From: Candidatus Saccharimonadota bacterium
GTDB lineage: Bacteria; Patescibacteriota; Saccharimonadia; Saccharimonadales; UBA4665
Assembly: GCA_016699955.1 (NCBI GenBank)
Contig: CP064993.1
Span: 420,001-452,000 of the forward strand
Direction of reading: 5' to 3'
DNA length: 32,000 nucleotides
The notes under the pieces were generated by a model, which was given only the letters and a program-made list of their open reading frames with translations, ran no database searches and was not told the origin of the DNA. Each line of letters starts with the position of its first letter. Position 1 is the first letter of the stretch. Shown one piece after another: positions 17,166 to 25,348 of this stretch. Position numbers and translations under genes: made by a program.

Positions 17166-17170
17166 AGGGC

Positions 17171-17199
17171 TTGACCTGGTTTTGGCAGTCGGGTATAGT
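17171..17199 (+). promoter_or_regulatory. groESL promoter
   Basis: TTGACC (17171-17176), a 17-nt spacer, then TATAGT (17194-17199). It overlaps CIRCE-1. Confidence 0.65.
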
Positions 17200-17208
17200 G
17201 AGTGCTAA
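17182..17208 (+). promoter_or_regulatory. CIRCE operator 1 (HrcA-type)
   Basis: TTGGCAGTC-N9-GAGTGCTAA against the consensus TTAGCACTC-N9-GAGTGCTAA (16/18). Confidence 0.75.
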
Positions 17209-17212
17209 TGCG

Positions 17213-17239
17213 TTGGCACTCGCTTGCGAGAAGTGCTAA
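17213..17239 (+). promoter_or_regulatory. CIRCE operator 2 (HrcA-type)
   Basis: TTGGCACTC-N9-AAGTGCTAA against the consensus (16/18). It starts 4 nt after CIRCE-1. Confidence 0.75.
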
Positions 17240-17372
17240 CGCTTTTATTCGCCTCCGGCTCATAAGTAATGAGATAAGAGCCAAGAGGAAAGTTTAATCG
17301 CTTAACGGCGACGAATAAATAACTATATTCCCGCTTTTGTGAGAATAATTACGCTTAAAAAAGGAGGAAAAC

Positions 17373-17642
17373 ATGAATATACCAATCCAGCCGCTAGCCG
17401 ATTATATTGTTGCCCAGACAGAAGAAGCAGCAAAAAAAACAGCAAGTGGTTTATACATTCCGGGCGGAGCACAGGAAAAGCCGACGGTTGCAAAAGTTGT
17501 GGCTGTAGCTGCGGCAGTAAAAAGTGTCAAAGTCGGTGACCGTATTATCTATAAGAGTTACAGCCAGACGGAAGTAAAAGTAGGGACTGAGAATTACCTT
17601 TTGGTTAAGGAAGAAGACGTATTGGCCACGGTGAAGGGGTAG
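17373..17642 (+). CDS. groES: co-chaperonin GroES, 89 aa
   Basis: SD aaaaaGGAGGaaaacATG. The sequence IQPLADYIVAQTEEAAKKTASGLYIP...GDRIIYKSY...YLLVKEEDVLA is typical Cpn10. Confidence 0.95.
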   Translation: MNIPIQPLADYIVAQTEEAAKKTASGLYIPGGAQEKPTVAKVVAVAAAVKSVKVGDRIIYKSYSQTEVKVGTENYLLVKEEDVLATVKG

Positions 17643-17643
17643 C

Positions 17644-17775
17644 ATGGAAGTTATTATTGGTGTAATCATTATTGTTTTAGCCATCGTATGGGCTAACCAC
17701 ATAGATACAAACACCGCTAAAGCAGTAGAATCGTTGCACAACATAGAGAAATTACTAGAGAAGAAGGAGAAATAA
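17644..17775 (+). CDS. 43-aa single-pass membrane micro-ORF between groES and groEL (below the track cutoff)
   Basis: My translation is MEVIIGVIIIVLAIVWANHIDTNTAKAVESLHNIEKLLEKKEK. The ATG is 2 nt after the groES TAG. The ORF fills the unusually long 135-nt groES-groEL spacer and ends 2 nt before the groEL ATG. Confidence 0.4.
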   Translation: MEVIIGVIIIVLAIVWANHIDTNTAKAVESLHNIEKLLEKKEK

Positions 17776-17777
17776 GC

Positions 17778-19414
17778 ATGGCAAAAAAGGTATTTTACGA
17801 TGATGATGCGCGCCGGCGGGTGCTAGCGGGGGCAGAGATTTTATACAACGCTGTAAAAACAACTATGGGGCCGAAGGGGCGGAATGTCGTTATTTCAAAG
17901 AGTTACGCCTCGCCCACGGTCACACACGATGGTGTAACGGTGGCAAAGGGCGTAGATATTGCCGATGTCGATGATGAAACATTGGGCTACAAAGTAGGAG
18001 CCGAGCTGATTAAGCAAGCTGCAAATAAGATGAACGATGTCGCCGGTGACGGTACGACCACCGTGACTGTACTGACCTATCACATTCTGTACGAAGCGAA
18101 TAAGCTCATCGCAGCTGGTCACAACCCAATATTGCTCCGTAAAGGACTTGAAGCGGCCGCACACGAAGTCATTACAAAACTAGAGGGTATGAGTGAAGAT
18201 ATTCAAGGCAATAAACAGCGTGTGGCTGAGGTAGCGACCATTTCGGCAGGCGACAGTGTCATTGGCGATCTCATTGCCGATGTCATGGACAAAGTTGGCC
18301 GCGACGGCGTGGTTACAGTAGAGCAAGGGCAGGGGCTTGGCCTCGAAAGCGAAGTGGTGGAAGGATTTACCTTTGACCGTGGTTTTGTGAGCCCGTACAT
18401 GGTCACCGATACTGGTCGCATGGAAGCCGTTTACAATAAACCTGCCATAGTCATCACCGATAAGAAAATTTCATCCGTGCAAGAGTTTTTGCCGATTTTG
18501 GAAAAACTGGCTCAGGCTGGTAAGAAAGATCTCGTGCTTATCGCAGAGGATGTCGAGGGCGAAGCGCTTGGCACATTGGTTCTGAACCGGCTAAAGGGGG
18601 TATTTAACACCGTTGCAATCAAGGCGCCGGCTTTTGGTGACAAGCGCAAGGAAATGCTCGAAGACATCGCGATTCTAACAGGCGCCCAAGTTATTACGGA
18701 AGACCGTGGCATGACGTTTGAAAACGTTGAATTGGACGTCGTGGGTACGGCGCGCAAGGTTATTGTTGGTAAGGACGAGACTACCATTATCGAAGGTGTA
18801 GGGGCTGTCACGGATGTAAATGCTCGCATGAAACAAATTGCCGCCCAGGCCGAGGCTGCAAACAGTGAGTACGACAGAGAAAACTTCCAGAAACGTCACG
18901 CAGCGCTTAGTGGCCGTGTCGCCGTCATTAAGGTAGGTGGAGCGACGGAAACCGAAATAGAGGAAAAGAAATATCGCGTTGACGATGCCGTGGCTGCCGT
19001 AAAGGCTGCCCTGGTTGAAGGTATCGTCCCTGGGGGCGGTGTAACACTGGTTAACCTTGCGGGCGGAACGTCTACGAGCGATGATGACGACGCAGTCGCC
19101 GCTGGGCGAGCATTGCTTGTGAAAGCGCTAGAGCAACCGTTCCGTATTCTCATGAGCAACAGTGGCCTGAATGCTGACGAATGGCTGCCGCAGGTCAAAA
19201 AGCCAAGGTTGGCCAAGGTGTGGACGTCAACAGTCCGAGCAAACTAGTTGATCTTAAGTCTGCCGGTATTGTCGACCCGACACGCGTGACCAAAGAGGCT
19301 TTGCAAAATGCTGCGTCTATTGCTGGCACAAGCATGACCATGGGTGCCTTGGTTGTCGAAGTCCCCGAACCAAAGGCTGCCCCATCTCCCGACATGGGCG
19401 GCATGGGCATGTAG
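17778..19414 (+). CDS. groEL: chaperonin GroEL, broken by one missing base in an A-run
   Basis: Track ORFs 17778-19247 and 19181-19414 are the N- and C-terminal parts of one Cpn60, which ends in DMGGMGM. Adding one A to the A5 run at 19197-19201 gives ...[41 protein letters not shown]... Confidence 0.92.
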
Positions 19415-19443
19415 TCTAGCGGAAGCTGTACGGATAAATGTAT

Positions 19444-19480
19444 AAATCGCCGCTGAATACTTATCAACGGCGATTTTACT
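19444..19480 (+). terminator. probable intrinsic terminator after groEL
   Basis: AAATCGCCG / CGGCGATTT stem (19444-19452 / 19468-19476) with a 15-nt loop, followed by a T-rich tail (ATTTTACTT). Confidence 0.55.
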
Positions 19481-19590
19481 TGGCTTAGTCTAATTTCTGT
19501 TCAGGTTAAGTACCACCGATTTTCCTGGATATACACCGCTATAAGCAAAGCGAAAAAGCCGGCCGGCGAGTTTTAGAAAGCTTATACAAT

Positions 19591-20130
19591 CTATTTTCCG
19601 AAAGAGCGGCGCGAACTATTGGAGTTGTTTGTCGGTGGGCGGCGGTAGGTGAGGCCAGAGCCGGCAGGAGGCTTCGGTGTTGTGCCTGGTTTGTTGTAAC
19701 GGACGTCTGCAGTGTGGTGGTAGTGCATAAGCTTATTTTGTGCCGCTACTGGGTCGATGCGTTGGAGCATTTTAAAGTCTCTGTGCTGTTGCTCACTCAA
19801 GCCACCAGGCAGGGCCAAACTTGGGTTTCGAAGCGTGCCATAGTGCATTTGGCGCGCCTGTGTTGTATGCTGGTGTGCTTGGTCAAAAAGAGCGGCTCGC
19901 TGGGCACTAGGTGTTAAACGTTGAAAATCATCTGGCTTTATCCGCTGCATGCGATTGGTCGATTGCGCGCGGACTGAGCCTGCTGATGGTGAAGGGTGCA
20001 AAAAATCTGGCCGAATCTGAGCAGAAAAGCTGTTGCGCGTAGAGCTGTTTGGAGCGCCTGCGTTGCTTGGCACTCGACGCGGCTGGTTGCCTGGCGTTTT
20101 AGATCGTTGTTGACCAAATTGGTTAAACAT
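19591..20130 (-). CDS. hypothetical basic, Q/P/S/N-rich low-complexity protein, 179 aa
   Basis: The ORF has a promoter-like -10 box 6 nt upstream of its ATG. No recognisable domain. Confidence 0.5.
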   Translation of the reverse strand: MFNQFGQQRSKTPGNQPRRVPSNAGAPNSSTRNSFSAQIRPDFLHPSPSAGSVRAQSTNRMQRIKPDDFQRLTPSAQRAALFDQAHQHTTQARQMHYGTLRNPSLALPGGLSEQQHRDFKMLQRIDPVAAQNKLMHYHHTADVRYNKPGTTPKPPAGSGLTYRRPPTNNSNSSRRSFGK

Positions 20131-20136
20131 AAATAA

Positions 20137-20145
20137 ACATTACCA
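20137..20145 (-). promoter_or_regulatory. extended -10 TGGTAATGT, 6 nt upstream of the 20130 ATG
   Basis: The minus strand reads ttgTGGTAATGT-ttattt-ATG. Confidence 0.45.
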
Positions 20146-20163
20146 CAATAATTAGTAAAAGTC

Positions 20164-20193
20164 AAAACTAGAGTCATATTTGACTCTAGTTTT
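20164..20193. terminator. bidirectional hairpin terminator
   Basis: A perfect 13-bp inverted repeat AAAACTAGAGTCA / TGACTCTAGTTTT with loop TATT and A/T runs on both sides. It lies downstream of the 20210-20392 gene. Confidence 0.65.
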
Positions 20194-20209
20194 ATAAATA
20201 GTCAGTTAT

Positions 20210-20392
20210 TTACTTACCGTAAGGAGTGCTGCCATAGCCGCGTGAGGCTTTGTTGGCGAACAGACCTTGACCGTTAGCAAGCTTCAAAATACTGCCGAGG
20301 CCGAATATTGAGGCAACGGCTAAGCCGCTCATGCCTAAAAATTCTTTGCGGCTGACTTCTCTTTGCATAATTGCGTCAATTTGTTGTTTCAT
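20210..20392 (-). CDS. 60-aa protein consisting almost entirely of a Tat-like (R-K variant) signal peptide plus a ~20-aa tail
   Basis: MKQQIDAIMQREVSRKEFLGMSGLAVASIFGLGSILKLANG-QGLFANKASRGYGSTPYGK. It has its own promoter and terminator and lies immediately downstream of tatC. Confidence 0.55.
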   Translation of the reverse strand: MKQQIDAIMQREVSRKEFLGMSGLAVASIFGLGSILKLANGQGLFANKASRGYGSTPYGK

Positions 20393-20429
20393 TGCGAGAT
20401 GAACCTGTTTATTTTGTTATTTCAAGCAC

Positions 20430-20458
20430 AAGTGTAATCCAGCTTTGAAGCAATGTCA
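20430..20458 (-). promoter_or_regulatory. sigma70-type promoter for the 60-aa Tat-signal gene
   Basis: The minus strand reads TTGACA (20458-20453), a 17-nt spacer, then TACACT (20435-20430). Confidence 0.6.
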
Positions 20459-20462
20459 AGGA

Positions 20463-21490
20463 CTATATTTGGAGAACCCGTCCACCGGAGCTGACGTAGC
20501 CTGGTCGAGGGCTAAGATACTTCGGTGAAACAGCCCGAGGTTGCGGTATGTTTGCCGCCGAGGCAGTCAGGGTTTTTTGCATTGTTGTGGAGCGAAGTGG
20601 CGCTTCGGGTTGCGCGGGCGAAAGCACTTCGCTGGGTAGTCGCGCAGCAGTACGAGCGCGTTCGAGCCGTGCGTCTCGGGCAGCAGTGTCCTGGTCAAAT
20701 AGTGTGGCGTATCGCCGCCGCGCATTTTTCTTGTTTACAAGCCAGACTATGAGAATGCCAACCTGATAGGAAATTAGTACTGGTATGACTGTAAGCATTT
20801 GGTCAACTACATTAGGAGTCGGGTTCATAATAAATGCTGAAACAAAAGCAAACATAATGACAGCACGCTCATACTTGAACATTTTCTGAGGGGTAAGTGG
20901 CTTAATGCGATTGATAATAATGAGTAGTAGCGGAAGCTGAAACATTAAGGCTGCTCCAACCATGTAGGCAACTACAAAGGAAAAGTATTTCTCTATGCTT
21001 ATCATGGCTTCGACTTGACCATTATGACACTGCTGCTTAAGGAGAAAATGCAGAGCGGCAGGTAGCCCCGCGTAGTAGCCAAACAATATGCCGCCAATTC
21101 CTATGAGCCCCGAAGATATACTTGTCCAGACAATAAACGCTGCGTTGCCCCCTTAATTAGGGGCTGCAGGAACTTGAGTAGGTTATAAATGATAGCCGGT
21201 ATGCTCAGGGCTATGCCAAAATAAAAACACACGTTGAAAAGAAAATTTATTCCGCCCATTGGCGAAGTGTAAACAAAATGCTGACCTTGGCTGGGCGCGA
21301 GCAATATTTCTATTAGCTTACGCTCAATACTGTAGACAAGTGCGCTGAAAATAGCGACGGAAACCGCTACAAAGAACAGGCGCCGCTTCACTTCACGTAG
21401 GTGTGCGGAAAGCGGCGCTTTGTCTGCGACTGATCTACTAGGCCTGATTCTGGTCTTGGCTGTTCGGTTGTTTCTTTTTGTCCTCTTCAC
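20463..21490 (-). CDS. tatC: Sec-independent translocase TatC, broken by one missing base in a G-run
   Basis: Track ORFs 21101-21490 and 20463-21086 are the two halves of one TatC. The second frame is open up to 21152. Adding one G to the G5 run (C5 on the + strand, 21148-21152) gives ...LQPLIKGGNAAFIVWTSISSGLIGIGGILFGYYAGLP... The GTG start at 21490 overlaps the tatA end by 53 nt. Confidence 0.85.
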
Positions 21491-21641
21491 TCTTCATGCC
21501 TTTTCGTAGTTCACGAGCCGACTCGCCCAGGCTTTTTGAAAGTTCAGGCAATTTCTTGGAACCAAATAGTAGGAGAACGATGATTAGTAAAATAACCAGG
21601 CTTCCAGTGGAAAGATCGAGTATTGCGAGTTGTGTAAACAT
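21438..21641 (-). CDS. tatA: Tat translocase subunit TatA/E, 67 aa
   Basis: SD AGAGGAcaattATG. The sequence LVILLIIVLLLFGSKKLPELSKSLGESARELRKG is the TatA transmembrane helix plus amphipathic helix. Confidence 0.85.
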   Translation of the reverse strand: MFTQLAILDLSTGSLVILLIIVLLLFGSKKLPELSKSLGESARELRKGMKSEEDKKKQPNSQDQNQA

Positions 21642-21667
21642 AATTGTCCTCTACTTTTTAGCGCTAA

Positions 21668-21676
21668 TGCTATAAT
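21668..21676 (+). promoter_or_regulatory. extended -10 TGCTATAAT driving the + strand towards 21720
   Basis: gctaaTGCTATAATgatg. Confidence 0.4.
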
Positions 21677-21719
21677 GATGATACCATAGCAGTGTAAAGT
21701 TAAACAAGAGAAAATTATT

Positions 21720-21964
21720 ATGAAACAACTATACCAGCTCGCTCCAAGTAATTTTGCAGCTCCTTATGGAACTGCTCGTATAATAGTGCAGAGTACGATA
21801 ATACCGGAGTGTGCGGTGCTTCAACCGGCACGGCTAACACATCTGGTGGCGGCCTGGCCGACACCGGAACGATGGTCATTGCATTTGTTGGTGTCGCAGC
21901 ACTGATAGTCCTGGCTGCCCTGCTCGTACGAGTATGGCGCCGTCCTGCAAAGCAAGGCAAGTAG
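21720..21964 (+). pseudogene. small ORF region ending in a complete sortase sorting signal; the frame is not continuous
   Basis: The frame running 21752-21964 ends in ...GASTGTANTSGGG-LADTG-TMVIAFVGVAALIVLAALLV-RVWRRPAKQGK* (LADTG at 21854-21868). That is an LAxTG motif, a hydrophobic helix and a basic tail. The only upstream ATG (21720) is one frame away, and no N-terminal signal peptide is visible. Confidence 0.4.
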
Positions 21965-21981
21965 TCTTTGCATTATTTGAT

Positions 21982-22004
21982 CAACCCCACTCCTAGTGGG
22001 GTTG
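21982..22004. terminator. GC-rich hairpin between convergent genes (no clear U-tract)
   Basis: CAACCCCACT / AGTGGGGTTG 10-bp stem with loop CCT. Confidence 0.35.
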
Positions 22005-22099
22005 TAGCTGCGCGCTAGCTAAACCGACTTGGAGTAAGCACCGAGTTAAGCTTTTCCCAACCCTGAAGGCGCTAGCAGTCGAAATTACACCGAGGTTAA

Positions 22100-22204
22100 T
22101 TAGCTGAATAAAACATTCTGAGCATTGGTGTTGAGGTATATCAATAAGCCAATGCTAAGCCCGAGCAGCCCGAGCAATATGAAGAATTTAGTTTTTTCTG
22201 TCAT
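22100..22204 (-). CDS. 34-aa membrane micro-ORF overlapping the sortase stop (below the track cutoff)
   Basis: My translation is MTEKTKFFILLGLLGLSIGLLIYLNTNAQNVLFS. It overlaps the sortase stop as ATGA at 22201-22204. Confidence 0.35.
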   Translation of the reverse strand: MTEKTKFFILLGLLGLSIGLLIYLNTNAQNVLFS

Positions 22205-22836
22205 AACGACTCCTCCGTATTCGGAATAGGTTTTGCGACAACAACCAAACGGCTGACAGGATTCCATAGTGGGGTGCAAGTATACAGCGTCAGGCGAGTG
22301 TCATCTGTCGGCTCTTGAACGTAAGTATCAGTTGCGGCATGAGTACGACTGCTCGCGACCGTGTAGCGGTAGAGCTTGCCCTGGTACCACAGGCCAATGT
22401 CATCGCCCGGCTCAAGTTTACTTAGAAAATAAAAGACACCGCGTGGTCCGGTGTAGCTAAAGCGGTGACCGGCAATGACGGTGTTGCCGCCTTTGTCTGG
22501 GGTACTGCCAAAAGGTATGCGCCAGGCGCCGGCATTCAGCAGGCGGTAGCTATCTTTTTTTGGGCCTTCAATGAGAGGTGTATCGAGCAGCATTTTTGGG
22601 ATAATAAGGCCATCATGGGAAGCATCCGAGTGAAAAACATCAGGGGTAGAGGGGGCATCCTGGGTTAAGTTTGGCTTTGTGAGACGCTCAACTAAGGCCT
22701 TTTCGGTCGAACCATTGCGGTTCTGTAGCCAAAAAGAGACGCTTGGGAGAAGTGGTAGCGCCATGACATAGCAGTTAATGAGAACAATGACTATAAGTAA
22801 TGCGGTGTTGGCTCGGCGCCAGTTTTTATCGGGCAT
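22201..22836 (-). CDS. sortase (transpeptidase) with an N-terminal membrane anchor
   Basis: Catalytic motifs are NTVIAGHR and RLTLYTCTP (TLxTC), and the anchor is LLIVIVLINCYVMALPLLP. The start is the ATG at 22836 or the TTG at 22851. Confidence 0.85.
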   Translation of the reverse strand: MPDKNWRRANTALLIVIVLINCYVMALPLLPSVSFWLQNRNGSTEKALVERLTKPNLTQDAPSTPDVFHSDASHDGLIIPKMLLDTPLIEGPKKDSYRLLNAGAWRIPFGSTPDKGGNTVIAGHRFSYTGPRGVFYFLSKLEPGDDIGLWYQGKLYRYTVASSRTHAATDTYVQEPTDDTRLTLYTCTPLWNPVSRLVVVAKPIPNTEESL

Positions 22837-22884
22837 AAAAATAAGTATCAAGTATCACGGCTGAAGTGGCAAGTCTGCGGTTCT

Positions 22885-23414
22885 TTAGCCGTTATTTTTT
22901 TGTGTAAAATAGTTTATTTCGTTGATAACGTCTAGAAGGGCTTGAGCGCGGGCTTTATCGTCAGTGATGTCTTTGGCAGCAGCAAGGGCATCTTTTAACA
23001 GTGCCTGGTTGTCGGTACTTTGAATCATCATCATTGTTGTTCGAAACTTTTCGTCTGGTGTCTGCTCTAGGTGATTCACAAGGGGAGTTAGCTGGCCAAG
23101 AGCTTGTTGTTTGAGGTTCAGTAGTTCGCTGCCGTCGTCAGCGGTCGGTTGGTCGGTAGAGTCGTTGGTTGCGGCTAAGTCATTTGGTACGTCATTGTCA
23201 GTAGCCTGCGCAGCCTGTGACACGTCAGGCTGATCACCGACTCGTCGGCAAGGGGATTATCAAACGCGGGCGCGCTCGGTGCGGCAATATCGGTTGCAGT
23301 CGGGAAGCCGGTTGAAGGTACCGGATCGGTAACGTTTGTTGGCTGAGTCGTATCCGGTGCCGTTACTGAACCAGCTGATGTTTGTGTTAAATCGTCTTGA
23401 TGTCCAAAAAGCAT
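22885..23414 (-). CDS. hypothetical acidic T/D/P-rich protein, apparently one gene broken by one missing base
   Basis: Track ORFs 23175-23450 and 22885-23223 abut. The SD-led start is AGGGGGTGGAAATG at 23414. The frame change lies between about 23205 and 23240 (...ADESVISLT / SQAAQATDNDV...). Confidence 0.5.
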
Positions 23415-23517
23415 TTCCACCCCCTTGCCTGGTTTGCAGGCAGTTCCCATTTAGCAGTTATCAATTTACAATGGGTATTGTAACAAACCATAACCGCCTA
23501 CACCAGAGGAGAATTTT

Positions 23518-23957
23518 ATGTCTGATGCCCCTGTACCGTACTTTGATCCAAGCATTTTTCCCTGCAGCCATACGTTCGGCGTGTCGAAAAACCTTGGGGA
23601 TATGAACTGCATTTTGCAACGCCGGATATGCCATACATGATGAAGCTGATGCATGTAAACGCTGGCTGTCGCATGAGCCTGCAAATACATGACGCTAAAA
23701 GGGAAACCTATGTTATTTTAAGCGGCCGGGCAGCCCTGGTCTGGGAAGACAATAATGGAGAGCTTTTAGAGACTGAACTCCAATTAGGGCAGGGTTACAG
23801 TACGATTGTCGGACAAAAACATCGCTTTAAGGGGATAACCGACGCAGATATTATGGAAGCGTCGACGCCTGAAATTGGTACAACTTGGCGCCTCGAGGAT
23901 GATTATTCCCGACCAAATGAGACCCCTGAGCAACGGAAAGCCGAGCGCGGGGAATAA
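23518..23957 (+). CDS. stand-alone cupin (type II phosphomannose-isomerase-like barrel), broken by one missing base in an A-run
   Basis: The SD GAGGAGaattttATG at 23518 opens MSDAPVPYFDPSIFPCSHTFGVSK. Adding one A to the A5 run at 23587-23591 joins it to KPWGYELHFATPDMPYMMKLMHVNAGCRMSLQIHDAKRETYVILSG... Confidence 0.75.
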
Positions 23958-23993
23958 CTAACCCGAACTTCCGTAAGTAGTGTCGAGCCGAAG

Positions 23994-25334
23994 CTAGTCT
24001 AGTAAGCCAGGCCGGGCTTCTTCGGTCTGGAACAGCCCCAGTTCGTTGCTAGCTCGAGCGAGTACGCCGTCGACAATTTTTGCGGAAACATTCTCCCCAT
24101 ATAGATTGCCGACGCTAGCCATTTGTTTGTTGTGAAGCGCGCCCTCGATGATGGCGACCACAAAGTCGCTATCAATCGGTGGAGCCTGTACATTTGCGCC
24201 GGCGAGAACAGATTCGGAACGATCACTACCAAACCTCAAAGTCACACATGGCACGCCAAGGATGTTCATTTCCTCCTGCATGCTTCCGGAGTCGGTCGCT
24301 ACGGCCGCACATCGCTGCATAGCAGCAATGACATCGCGGTAGTAGGGCCATACATCGGAGTAAATAAATGTTTCGGGGTTTTCTTTGGCCAATGATTCGA
24401 TACGTGTACGCAACCCGAACGAATCAATAGCTTCTTCCGTGCCAAAGAGAGAAATAAGCAGTACGGAACGGCCTTTTTGGACTAGTTTTTCCATTGCCTC
24501 AATGAGTACAGTGAAACGTCTCTCGTCTTGAGTGTTTTCACGCCGGTGTATACAGAAGCGAATGAACTCGCCGCTTGCGAGCTGAGGATACTTCTCAAGT
24601 ATTGTTGACTGAGCAGCGTCGGCAATGGCAAGCCGTGTTGCGTCTGCGACAGTATTGCCTGTAACCTCTATGGTGTTTGAGCTAAATCCTTCGGCAAGCA
24701 TGAAATCTCGGTCGAGCTCGACAGGGGCGGCGTGATAGCCGGAGGCTGGTTCCGACACGCGAGTATTAAACTGTTCAGGAAAAGGCTCCATACTGCCTTG
24801 CTCAAAGTTGCCACGAACCTGTTGTGCGGCGTAGTAGTCATTCCAATTGAAGTTTCCAGCCTTAAAGTCGTCATAGAATTGCTTGTATATTTCACGTTTT
24901 GGTGTGAGAGTACGAATGCCAGCCTCGACGTGCACGCAGGCCACCCGGTGCATGTAGGATCCAAGGCCTATAGCCATAGAGGTACTTGTGTCACCGTGAA
25001 TGTAGGGAATGGGCGTTTTGCCCTGAGTCTTTAGCCATTCAATAACCTCGCCGTAACGCTCGATCATTTGGGCTATTTTAGCATTCAGAGGCCCCTGTAT
25101 TGTAAGGAGAATATCGGGCGTGATGCCGAATTCTTCCATCATACCACCGCTATAACGGAAGTCGTAGTGCTGACCGGTATGACAGAGTAGCACCAGCTCA
25201 CCGCGATTCATGAGTTCGTGGTAGAGGGGCGCCTGTTTGATGATGTCAGGTTTTGTGGCAATGAGGACAATGTGCACAAGTTTTTTCTCAGACTGAGCAA
25301 TTTTCTTTATGGCTTCAGGGGTAAAATAATCCAA
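23994..25334 (-). CDS. UDP-N-acetylglucosamine 2-epimerase family protein (Epimerase_2), 446 aa
   Basis: VLIATKPDIIKQAPLYHEL...HTGQHYD at the N-terminus and DSGSMQEEMNILGVPCVTLRFGSDRSE near the C-terminus. The TTG start lies 14 nt after the manC-like stop. It is longer than typical (~370 aa) family members. Confidence 0.85.
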   Translation of the reverse strand: MDYFTPEAIKKIAQSEKKLVHIVLIATKPDIIKQAPLYHELMNRGELVLLCHTGQHYDFRYSGGMMEEFGITPDILLTIQGPLNAKIAQMIERYGEVIEWLKTQGKTPIPYIHGDTSTSMAIGLGSYMHRVACVHVEAGIRTLTPKREIYKQFYDDFKAGNFNWNDYYAAQQVRGNFEQGSMEPFPEQFNTRVSEPASGYHAAPVELDRDFMLAEGFSSNTIEVTGNTVADATRLAIADAAQSTILEKYPQLASGEFIRFCIHRRENTQDERRFTVLIEAMEKLVQKGRSVLLISLFGTEEAIDSFGLRTRIESLAKENPETFIYSDVWPYYRDVIAAMQRCAAVATDSGSMQEEMNILGVPCVTLRFGSDRSESVLAGANVQAPPIDSDFVVAIIEGALHNKQMASVGNLYGENVSAKIVDGVLARASNELGLFQTEEARPGLLD

Positions 25335-25348
25335 CGTATACTCTCTTT

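Noticed and set aside
17778-21490. groEL and tatC interpreted as genuine pseudogenes (loss of chaperonin and Tat export), or as programmed frameshift sites.
   Set aside because: Both breaks are single missing bases in 5-nt homopolymers. The flanking coding sequence shows no further decay, partner genes and substrates are intact, and the same error type recurs in six other places. No slippery heptamer or stimulatory structure is evident. Consensus error is the more economical explanation, pending read-level checks.
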